Below the pieces are notes generated by a model. The model did no database searches and had not been told where the DNA came from. It worked only from the letters and a program-made list of their open reading frames with translations. Below are positions 53,689 through 64,000 of a stretch of 64,000 nt of DNA, piece after piece. Made by a program: the position numbers and the translations under genes. How positions within the stretch are numbered: position 1 is the first letter of the stretch; each line of letters starts with the position of its first letter. This DNA comes from Macrostomum lignano (Eukaryota), in NCBI GenBank assembly GCA_002269645.1, contig NIVC01001945.1, forward strand, positions 124,001-188,000, in the 5' to 3' direction.

Positions 53689-55122
53689 ATTGGAATTCGA
53701 ATTGAAAAATAAGAATTTTGAGTGATAATGAAAAAATAGTATGGGGGTTGTGTGCGAGAAAAGAGTATGGTATGAAATCTATCATGTCACGCGTTTTAAA
53801 CTCATCAACCACACAACCCCAAAAAGCTGGACACCATTTGTACACTGTCGTCAGACTGTCAGTGTGTACAGCAAGCCTAAATTCTGTCTCCAACACCCGC
53901 CTGCTAATTGGTCAGGACTTTTTTATTATTCAATACTCCCTCTAAAACACCTTGGCCCAGTACTGTAATGAATTTTTAAGCCTAAGGCTAACTCTCCCAT
54001 GTTAAAGGATTGAGATAAATTTTCTGAAGGAGGCGCAAATCTCAGTAGCCAATGTACATCTCTGTGGCATTTAATAATAATTCTATTTATCGATGGATGG
54101 TATGCACTTTTTATGATACGACGGTCTTACTAAAACGTACTTTAGCCTATAGATTGGGGGTCTTGAATATCGCATATGAAAATGCAACTCAGGTTTCTTT
54201 AGCTTTAGCTTGCGATGTGAATCGATTAAATATACTCGTACGCTCGTATGTGTTTCACTCTCTCACTCTCCCTCTTTCCAGCTTTTAAAGTTAGTTTGTT
54301 AATTGTGCACGTGAACATTTTATAATATACATCTCTTCTCGCAGTGTACATTTATAATTCTCTAGAGTGGCGACAAAAAATACTAATTTACTGGCGCTGC
54401 CTAGTTTAATTCCAGTCAGAATGGCTCGCAGTAGAAAGTTCTGTTGACCCTTGCAGAAAGGCATGTGTGTTATCGAATATTCGTTTATATTCTATGCTTT
54501 ACATGAGCTACTTATGCTTGAAATGAAACATTTGGTTCTTGGTTCTGGAGTAAGCCTCGACATCTCAGCAATTCCCCGACTAAGCGTTTTACATGACGCT
54601 TCTTTTACTCGTATGTTTAACGCGATCGAGATGAGCACGAAGCAGAGATGAACACGAAGCAGTTATGAGAGTTATGACATAATCAATTTTTCAATCGTTC
54701 AGTATCAGTTCTAATTAAAGTTAACAATATGGTTACGCAGTCTAAATCAGGTCTCGTGCTATGTTTCCACAGAGTGTTTTCAACACTGTGACGCAATTCA
54801 AGTCGGAGTTACAATTCAGTTGTGATGCAATCTTTATCACAATCGGAATTCAGCCAGTATAGGTTTTTTCTCTAGCATTCTTACAACTCATACAATGCAT
54901 TCCAGGTCGAAAGAGCTGCTTGACCTTTGCAAAAAAGCATGTTTTTCGAATATTTAATCCCTTTAATATTGAGCAATTTCTTAGCCAAGATGCATGTACC
55001 GTCCCAGGAAAATTTCTGATCAAATGGTGCAAGTTTGAAGAAAATCGGTTGAGCCGTTTTTTCTGAAATCTATCGCATAGCTAGATAGATAGATACAGAC
55101 AACTCATTTTTAGTATATGGGA

Positions 55123-55281
55123 AGACTCAAATTTAGGAAATTAAAAGGTAGCCTAAGACATTCTCCGTAGTAAATTTAGGGTGGGTGTAAAGTTTGGTGT
55201 AATTTGGTTGAGCGGTTTGGGAGTCCATAGCGATCAAAATTGTCCACACACAGACAGAGTTTTGATTTTTATATGTAGAGA
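55123..55281 (-). mobile_element. Isolated Helitron 5' head module (family A head)
   Basis: TCTCTACATATAAAAATC...CTGTCTGTGTGTGGAC...GAGTCT; same module as 58884-59063 and 61420-61598. Confidence 0.75.
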
Positions 55282-58200
55282 CAAGCTGTTGAAACCCGCG
55301 GAATTTGAACCCGGGGAATTCCAATCCCCGGAACTATTTTTGCATGTATTCTGAAATCTGAGCCCATCTGAAACAAAAACTTGTTAATAGTTAGTTAGTA
55401 GGATAAAGGTAAACAAAAATGGAGTACATTCGCATACAATTAGGATGTGAGGCAAACATATTGTTGGCTAGGGGTGCTTTTACTTTAAATAGGCAAGTAA
55501 TGTCTGTCTGACTCTAAAACATGTATTGGCAAACTCTGGCCTCTGCCTCTGACTCTCCCTACGTCCCTTGGATCCTTTGAAACTTCTATCTTCTCTTCTG
55601 TTTCCTCTCTTCTCTCTCGTCCCTTGTCTCTTTTCTCCTCTCTTCTCTTTTTACTCTCTCCTCTCTCCCCTCTTCTCTCGTCTCTTCCCTCATTTCTCTT
55701 CTTTTTCATCTCTCTTATCTCATCTCTTTTCTTTTTCCTCTCCTCGCACTCTTCTCTTATATTTTCCTTCACCTCTCTTCTCTCGTCTTTATTTGCTCTC
55801 TGATCTCTCCTTTCTCTTCTCTCTCTTCTCTTTTATCTCTTTTCATTTCTCTCTGCTTCCCCCTCTCTCTCTGCTTCCCCCCTCTCTCTGCTTCCCCCCT
55901 CTCTCTCTGCTTCCCCCTCTCTCTCTGCTTCCCCCCTCTCTCTGCTTCCCCCCTCTCTCTCTCTGCTTCCCCCTCTCTCTGCTTCCCCCCTCTCTCTCTG
56001 CTTCCCCCCTCTCTCTCTGCTTCCCCCTCTCTCTGCTTCCCCCCTCTCTCTCTCTGCTTCCCCCTCTCTCTGCTTCCCCCTCTCTCTCTGCTTCCCCCTC
56101 TCTCTGCTTCCCCCCTCTCTCTCTCTGCTTCCCCCCTCTCTCTGCTTCCCCCCTCTCTCTCTGCTTCCCCCTCTCTCTCTGCTTCCCCCCTCTCTCTCTG
56201 CTTCCCCCCCTCTCTCTCTGCTTCCCCCTCTATCTTATCTCTCCTCTCCCATCTTTCTTCTCCTCTCTACTCTCTCCCCTCCATTCTCCTTTTTTCTCTC
56301 CTCTCGCCTCACTTACTTCTCTCTCCCTTTGTCTCTCCTCTCGTCTCTGTAATCTCTACGCTCCCATCTCTCGTCTGTTCATTTTCGTCTCTGCTCTCAG
56401 CTCATCCCCCCTCTTTCATCTGTCATCTTTACTGTCTTATATGTTCTCTCATTCTGTCCTCTCTGTACTCTTTTCTTTCACCTCTTTTGTCTCCTCACCT
56501 TCCTTTCTCCTTTCTCCTCTTCTCTTCCCTCTTCTATATACTCTCTCCCTCTCTTGTCTCGTCTCTTCTCTCTCCACTCTCCTCCTTTATCTCTCATCTC
56601 TCATTTCTCATCTCTCCTTTTTCCTCTTTACTAACTCCTCTCTGCTCTTCTCTCTGCTCTCCTCTCATCTGCAGCTCTCTGCTCTCTCCTCTCTACTCGC
56701 TCCTCTACTCACTCCTCTACTCTCTCTCTACTCGCTCCTCTACTCTCTCCTCTCTACTCGCTCCTCTCTATTCTCTCCTCTCATTGTCCTCGCTCCCTCA
56801 TCTCTCCTATTATCTTTTATCTTTTCTCTTATTCTCTCTCTCACCTCTCCTCTCTTTTCGAATCGTCTATTCCTTCTTCTCTCCACTCTCAACTAGGGAT
56901 TCCAAAATCCCGACATTTTACAATCCCGGGATTGAATAGTCCCGAAATCCCGATGCTGTTGAAATCCCGGGATTCAAAATCCCGGAATCCCGGTGCTTTT
57001 GCAATCCCGGGATTAAAAATCCCGGGATTCGATTCCCAAAAAAATCCCGGGATTCAAATCCCGGATTTTTGGCCCCAATCCCGGGATCCCGGGATCCCGG
57101 GATTGGAATCCCTAAATTGCTAGACGGACTGTGCGGCGTGCCGCGTGCAGTAGTCATGGTCTCGCGACTCTCAGAGTCTCAGGGCCTTTTCATATTACCA
57201 ATTCCAGAACCAGAATCGGTTCGGAATTCGAAGAAAAACAGCAGTATAACTATTAAACTCTGTTAATATTTGACTGCCTTAACAGCCTCACTTTGCACGA
57301 TTTTTCACTTTCTTCTTGGCGACTGTCATTCAATAATAAAAACTTTATAGCACGTATCTCCCTCTAGTTATGGAGACAAAAAGTTTATACTTCACAAATT
57401 GGTTCTTGTTCTGGAACCAGAGAAAGCAATATGAAAAGGCCCTCAGTCTCGTCTCGTGGTAGAAAACGAAAAAAAGTTAAAATTATCTATCATTTACAGT
57501 TCACATTAACAATTTTTAGCTCAATTAGGACAGGAGCTTTGCAAATGTTTAACGTTTCATTGAGAAACAGCAAAAACAAATAAATGTTTTATTATTCAAA
57601 TAAACGTTTAGACTTTAAATTATTTAATTTAGGCATTGAAAGGTCGTTCTAATCCCGGACCAATCCCGGGATTAAGGCCTTGAAATCCCGGGATCCCGAT
57701 CCCGGTCTTTTGCAATCCCGGGATTAAAAATCCCGGGATTCGATTCCCAAAAAAATCCCGGGATTCAAATCCCGGATTTTTGGCCCCAATCCCGGGATCC
57801 CGGGATCCCGGGATCCCGGGATTGGAATCCCTACTCTCAACTGCCCCTCAGCCATAAGCTGGATTCTTTTCTGGCCTTTGAGGTAAAAGTCTGCCCATTC
57901 CTGCTTGGAAAGCCAGTTTGTGGGACGTAGTACTCTCATGGCTGTTCTCATGCTTTGATCATGTCATCTTTCTTGCCAATTTGCAAGCCCTGAAAGAAAT
58001 TTGTGTATCTTCAGCTCCACTGCAGTCTGCATCAGTCTAACAACCAAGGAAATACGCATTTCTTAGGAGGACATTTAAATTTTAAAGTACCTTTAAGAGA
58101 AACCTAAAATTTCCATGATGTGACTAATTTAGTAGAGTTGTATTGCATTGCATCGCCTTTTCATAAATCTTTCGCTTTTACAAACCATGCTGGATTACCC

Positions 58201-59063
58201 TGATTTGCCATCCACTACGTTAAACTGCTGCAGAGTTTGCCTATACAGAGGACAGTGGTTAGAATTTCTCACTAAAATGTTATGGATGGCTAAACGTAGC
58301 CTCTCAACGGGGGGTGCAGAGAAGGCCATAAACAAAGCTATTCCAAAACACTGTACATTTTCTATGTACATTCAGTCCTATCGCCTGACCCTTCGTCTGG
58401 CTCTGGGGAATGAGTGAGTGAGTGGCACAAACAACAGAAAAAGCAGACAAACTTCACATGCTTACAGTTTCTTTTTCGGTTGAGTTACAGAGTTGAAACT
58501 TTACATTTAGATAGAGAATGAGTTAATAAAGAATTGTGTCAAGTTTGAAGTCAATCGCTTTACGTGGAGCAAACTTATGGCAGCTGAAAATTAGTCAATT
58601 TTGAAACCCTTTTACACATCTGGGCCCAGATCGGTATCGGAAAGAGAGGCAGGCGGGCGGAGGTTGGGGTGGTTGCTACGCTGAAAAAAACAGCCTAACT
58701 TTAAAAGTGCACAGCACTGCTCAGGATTAACTTTGAAACTCGAAATTTTACACGATTGTGCCAAAATAGTTGAAAATTGTCTGTGTCAAATTTGAAGAGA
58801 ATCGGTAGAAGTGGAGCGGCGCTATGGAGGATTTAGTGAAAAAATCGCGCATTTTGAGCAGTTTTTTGCACTTTTAGGTAGGAAGACTCAAATTTAGGAA
58901 ATTTTAAGGTAGCCTAAGACATTCTCCGTAGTAAGTTTAGGGTGGGTGTAAAGTTTGGTGTAATTTGGTTGAGCGGTTTGGGAGTCCATAGCGATCAAAA
59001 TTGTCCACACACAGACAGACACACACACAGACACACACACAGAGTTTTGATTTTTAGGTCGTA
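55282..59063 (-). mobile_element. Non-autonomous Helitron family A, copy 2 (head plus body; carries a hAT MITE insertion)
   Basis: Homologous to copies 1 and 3 and ends CAACAGCTTG. CT-rich tract with CTCTCTCTGCTTCCCC repeats at about 55850-56230. Confidence 0.75.
56894..57833. mobile_element. Second copy (opposite orientation) of the ATCCCGGGAT-rich hAT element
   Basis: TIR TAGGGATTCCAA and perfect 8-bp TSD CTCTCAAC (56886-56893, 57834-57841). Internal TIR ends at 57114. Confidence 0.93.
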
Positions 59064-59501
59064 CAAGCTGTTGAAACCCGCGGATTTTGAACCCGGGGAA
59101 TTCCAATACCCGGAACTACTTTTGCATGTATTCTGAAATCTAAGGCCATCTCTCTCGTCCCTCGTCTCTCCTCTCTCCTCTCTCCCCTCTTCTCTCGTAT
59201 CTTCCCTCATCTCTCTTCTCTTCATTCTCTCTTATCTCATCTCTTGTCTCTTCTTTTCTCTCTCCTCTCCTCTCTCCTCTTCTCTCTCCTCTCTCCTCTC
59301 ACCCCGTCTTCTCTCTGATCTTCATTCTCCTTTCTATTCTTTTCTCTCTTCTCTTAACTCTCTCCTCTACTCTCTACTCTCTCCTCTCTTCTCTCGTCTC
59401 TTCCCTCACCTCTTTTCTCTCTCGTTTTTGCTTTCTCATCTTTCCTTTCTCTTCTTTTATCTTTTCTCTCTTATCTCTTCTCATTTCTCTCTGCTCCCCC
59501 T

Positions 59502-59579
<78 letters not shown>

Positions 59580-59608
59580 ATCTCTTCTCATTTCTCTCTG
59601 CTCCCCCT

Positions 59609-59697
<89 letters not shown>

Positions 59698-61598
59698 TAT
59701 CTCCCCTCCTCTCTCTACTCTCTCCCCTCTCCATTCTCCTCTTTCCTCTCCTCTCTTCTCACTCACTTCTCTACCTTTGTCTCTCCTCTCTCCTCTCGTC
59801 TCTGTAACCTCTCCTCTGTTCTCTCTACTCTCCCATCTTTTATCTGTTCACTCTCGTCTCTGCTCTCTCATCCCCCTCTTTAATCTGGCATCTCTGTCTT
59901 ATATATTCTCTCACCTCTCTCCTCTGTACTCTTTTCTTTCCCCTCTTTTGACTCCTCACTTTCCTTTCTCCTTTCTTCTTTTTTCTTCTCTTCCCTTTTC
60001 TATACTCTGTCTCCCTCTCTTCTCTCACTCCACTCTCCTCTCTCCGTTATCTCTCATCTCTCATTTCTCATCTCTCCTTCCACTTCTCTCATCTCTAAAA
60101 CCTTAGAGATGTAGAGATGTATCTTTATCTCTTCTCTCTTCCCTTTACTCTCTCATCTCTTCTTTCACCTGTTTCCTCTCTGCTGTCTCCTCTCTCCTCT
60201 CATCTGCAGCTCTCTGCTCTCTCATCTCTCATCTCTCCTCTCGCTTTTCCTCTCTCCCCTCTTCTCCCCTCTCTCTCATCGTCCTCACCCCCTTATCTCT
60301 CCTATTATCTTTTATCTTTTCTTTTATCCGCTCTGTCGCCTCTCCTCTCTTCGAATCGTCTATTCGTTCTTCTTTCCACTTTCATCTGCCCCTCAGCTAT
60401 GAGCTGGATTCTTTATCTGGCCTTTGAGGTAAAAGTATGCCCATCCCTGCTTGGAAAGCCAGTTTGTGGGATGTAGTACTCTCATGGTTGTTCTCATGCT
60501 TTGATCACGTCATCTTTCTTGCCAATTTGCAGCCCTGAAAGGAATTTGTGTATCTTCAGCTCCACTGCAGTCTTCATCGGTCTAACAACCAAGGAAATAC
60601 GCATTTCTTAGGAGGCCATTTAAATTTTAAAGTACCTTTAAGAGAAAACCTAAATTTCCATGGTGTGTCTAATTTAGTAGGGTTGTATTGCATTGCATCG
60701 CTTTTTCATAAATCTTTCGCTTTTACAAACCATGCTGAATTACCTTGATTTGCCATTGCCATCCACTGTTAAACTGCTGCAGAGTTTGCCTATACAGAGG
60801 GCAGTGGTTAGAATTTCTCACTAAACTGTTATGGCTAAACGTAGCCTCTCCACTCTCGGGGTGCAGAGAAGGCTATAAATAAAGTTATTCTAAAACACTG
60901 TACATTTGCTATGTACATTCAGTCCTATCGCCGGACCCTTCGTCTTCATGGGGAATGAGTGAGTGAGTGGCACAAACAACAGAAAAAGCAGACAAACTTT
61001 ACATGCTTACAGTTTCTGTTCTGATTGAGTAAGAGAGTTGAAACTTTACATTTAGACAGAGAATGAATCAAAGAAGAATTGTGTTAAGTTAGAAGTCAAT
61101 CGCTTCACGTGGAGCAAACTTATGGCAGCCGAAAGTTAGTCATTTTAAAACCCATTTACACCCTTTGCCCAGATCGGGAAAGAGGCAGGCGGGCGGAGGT
61201 TGGGGTGGCTGTCTCGCTGAAAAAAACAGCCAAAATTTAAAAGTGCACAGCGCCGTTCAGGATTAACTTTGAGACTCGAAATTTTACACGATTGTGTCAA
61301 AATAGTTGAAAATTGATTGTGTCAAATTTGAAGAGGATCGGTAGAAGTGGAGCGGCGCTAAGGAGGCTTTAGTAAAAAAATCGCGCATTTTGAGCAGTTT
61401 TTTGCACTTTTAGGTAGGAAGACTCAAATTTAGGAAATTTAAAGGTAGCCTAAGACATTCTCCGTAGTGAGTTTAGGGTGGGTGTAAAATTTGGTGTCAT
61501 TTGGTTGAGCGGTTTGGGAGTCCATAGCGATCAAAATTGTCCACACACAGACAGACAGACAGACAGACAGACAGAGTTTTGATTTTTATAGTTAGAGA
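59064..61598 (-). mobile_element. Non-autonomous Helitron family A, copy 3
   Basis: Host A|TCTCTAACTATAAAAATC, a (CTGT)n microsatellite, and 3' CAACAGCTTG. Confidence 0.8.
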
Positions 61599-61657
61599 TG
61601 ATATATTATTAATTTTGGGCAATATTATATATATAATAATATATATAATGTGGCATA

Positions 61658-63101
61658 TGAGGCGGAAGGCCTTTTAGTTTCAATAGATGGAATGGCAGCA
61701 AAGATGTTGCACTGCATTGCGCGTATATTTATACAAGTGAGAACAGCGCGAGATTATTGAGGGGCCAAGGGAGGTGCGCACATGTGGCGTGGCATGATTG
61801 GCTACGCCAACCCCCCTGGCTTAGCGAGCCGGCTTGCGCGGTGCGCCACTACCCCACCTCAGCTAGACAGAGGTTGGCGGGGGGGGGTTTCCAGTGCGGC
61901 TGCACTGGTGCTGCCGGTCGCATAGTCTGGCCGCCACACAGCTCCCCCCAGCACTGAGCTAGGCCACGAACGTCGGGTAGTAGCCAAGGCAGAGAGAGTG
62001 CCGAGGAGCGGGCGCCGAAGGCGGCAGGGATGCGAGGTGGGCGCCGATGGCAGCAGGTCACCGAGTGGGCGCCGGGCGGGCGCCAAAGGCAGCAGGGCGC
62101 CAGGCGGGCGCCAAAGGCAGCAGGGCGCCAGGCGGGCGCCAAAGGCAGCAGCAGGGTGCCAAAGGCAGCAGGGCGCCGATGGCAGCAGCAGGGCACCAGG
62201 CGGGCGCCGATGGCAGCAGGGCGCCGAGCGGGCGCCAGGTGGGCGCCGAAGGCAGCAGGGCGCCAGGCGGGCGCCGAAAGCAGTAGGGCGCCAGACGGGC
62301 GCCAATGGCAGCAGGGCGCCAGGTGGGCGCCAAAGGCAGCAGAATGCCAGGCGGGCGCCAAAGGCAGTGGGGCGCCAGGAGGGCGCCGAAGGCAGCAGCA
62401 GGACGCCAGGCGGGCACGCGGCCAGACCACACCAGAGGCAATCGACAGTCAGTTGCCGCCATGAGCCGGATCGATGCTCCTGCACAGAGGCTGGGGACAT
62501 TAGGCTAGCAGCAGCGGTGCTAACCTAAAAGTAGCTGCAGCGTGTGGCGCTGGTTGGTCCAATGCGGGGGCTGAAAGGCGAGACCCCAGGAGCTACCGGG
62601 GGCGGGCTGACTGGGCCAATTCGTGCTGCTGGGCTGTGGTGCTGCTGTGCTACGGTGCTGCGGTGCTGCTGTGCTGCCGTGCTGCGGTGCTGCCATGCTG
62701 CGGTGCTGCTGTGCTGCTGTGCTGCTGTTGTAGTTGGCCAAGGCGGTTGGCTGCCAGGACTGCACAGGGCCGACCAGGTAGGCCCAGCGTTCCGCGCTGG
62801 GAGTCCGGGCTCACCAATGAGGCGGAAGGCCTTTTGGTTTCAATAGATGGAATGGCAGCAAAGATGTTGCACTGCATTGCGCGTATATTTATACAAGTGA
62901 GAACAGCGCGAGATTATTGAGGGGCCAAGGGAGGTGCGCACATGTGGCGTGGCGTGATTGGCTACGCCAACCCCCCTGGCTTAGCAAGCCGGCTAGCGTG
63001 GTGCGCCACCACCCCACCTTAGCTAGACAGAGGTTGGCGGGGGGGGGGGGTTTCCAGTGCAGCTGCACTGGTGCTGCCGGTCGCGTAGTCTGGCCGCCAC
63101 A
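61658..63101 (-). mobile_element. Second TRIM-like non-autonomous LTR element (1.44 kb) with internal GGCGCC-rich and GCTGCT-rich minisatellites
   Basis: LTRs TGAGGCGG...CCGCCACA at 61658-61938 and 62818-63101 (about 9 substitutions) and a 4-bp TSD CATA. PBS-like TGGTGAGCCCGG and PPT GGGGGGAG. Confidence 0.88.
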
Positions 63102-63731
63102 CATATATATTATGTATTATAAATAGTTATATTTTTAGTATATTTGATTGGATAGATGCATTGACATCTTTGATAAATTTAATATATTTTCAAATAATCT
63201 TTGCTATAACTTGTAGACTACTCTATTGAATTATAAAAAAATCTTTAGCATATAAATTTCTTATTGTGCTACATTGTTATATTGTGTTTATAAATATGTA
63301 AATTTTTAATAGAAAGTATTGATAAAGCATTGATTAATAAATATAATATATTTTTAACCAATAACCATTTGTTATTAGCAAAAATTAGATAGAGTTAAAA
63401 AATAAAAGCAAGAATAATATCTATAACAATCCAAAATGGTATGTTTACCTAAATTTAGAAATTTCAATGGCTAGAGAGCTGCTATATAAAGATGCTTAGT
63501 AGGCCAAAGTTCCAACCCTTGCAATATGGCTATATAAATGATTGTTTTTTCAACTCAAAAGGCACAATTAAAAAAAAGTGCATTAGCTATTGCAGTGGCT
63601 GTCACATTTTGTTGTGTTTTCCTATAAAGTAGCTTTTGATGGTTGTTACATTAGCTGTTTCTGTCTATTTAGGCAATTAATATTAATAATATAAATGATA
63701 ATTAATTATGCCTGCCCAGGACAGGTGTGTG

Positions 63732-63900
63732 CAACCGACAGCTCAGCTGCAGATATTGCATGGCACATCTGAAGGCTGCATACAGCTGTTCAGTCCAAGG
63801 ACTGGGGGGTCGCCACACACACCCTCAATTACCCCAGCTAATGCTGGCACCCATTTTACAGCTGGGGTGAACTGAAACAATGCAGAGTTAAGCATCTTGC
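63732..63900. mobile_element. CORE-SINE-like repeat fragment
   Basis: ACCCATTTTACAGCTGGGGTGAACTGAAAC...AGAGTTAAGCATCTTGC resembles the MIR/CORE pattern CCCATTTTACAGATGAGGAAACTGAG...GTTAAGTGACTTGC. Homologous to 11922-12074. Confidence 0.5.
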
Positions 63901-64000
63901 GCAATCTGAAGTCGTGAGTCCAATGCTCACGACCCCATTGTTTGCTTTAGGCAAGCAGAGCAAGTAAAGTTGTACATTGCAACAATGTTAATGCCCGAGT

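Larger units (their letters stand above)
44584..55122 (-). mobile_element. Autonomous-type canonical Helitron (10.5 kb)
   Basis: 3' end: hairpin GCCCCCC-AA-GGGGGGC, then CTAG (44587-44584). 5' end TCCCATATACTAAAAATG at 55122; continuity from there to the ORF is inferred. Encodes RepHel. Confidence 0.85.

Noticed and set aside
44584-55122. Helentron classification because of the OTU domain
   Set aside because: The RGLPH Rep motif, TC/CTAG ends with a 3' hairpin, and absence of an endonuclease or sub-TIRs indicate a canonical Helitron.

Overview
Eukaryotic, probably invertebrate animal, genomic DNA: GT-AG spliced genes, a TTAGGG-type repeat, and most of the window made of transposon or repeat sequence. 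Two host genes are supported, both on the minus strand. One is a 3-exon class I SAM-dependent methyltransferase of the JHAMT-like type (7982-14604), with an in-frame TGA in exon 1. The other is an intact 3-exon protein disulfide-isomerase (27443-29282) with two WCGHC sites and a C-terminal KEEL. Mobile elements: a Polinton-type polB fragment, a full-length Loa-like LINE (APE-RT-RNaseH), a young Ty3/Gypsy element with identical LTRs, two non-coding TRIM-like LTR elements, several hAT-type MITEs, and SINE and LINE remnants. The dominant structure is a 25.3 kb same-orientation stack of Helitrons (36253-61598). Its units are joined at mostly exact 3'-end/5'-TC junctions inside one A|T target site, around a 9-exon RepHel gene carrying STPR-type repeats and an OTU protease exon. 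A second striking signal is a TpA-rich, CpG-poor domain (about 9-15.5 kb). Old repeats there show directional C>T/G>A decay enriched at CpA/TpG (RIP-like), and the methyltransferase gene spans a 30% to 70% GC step. All alignments and counts were done by eye without tools.
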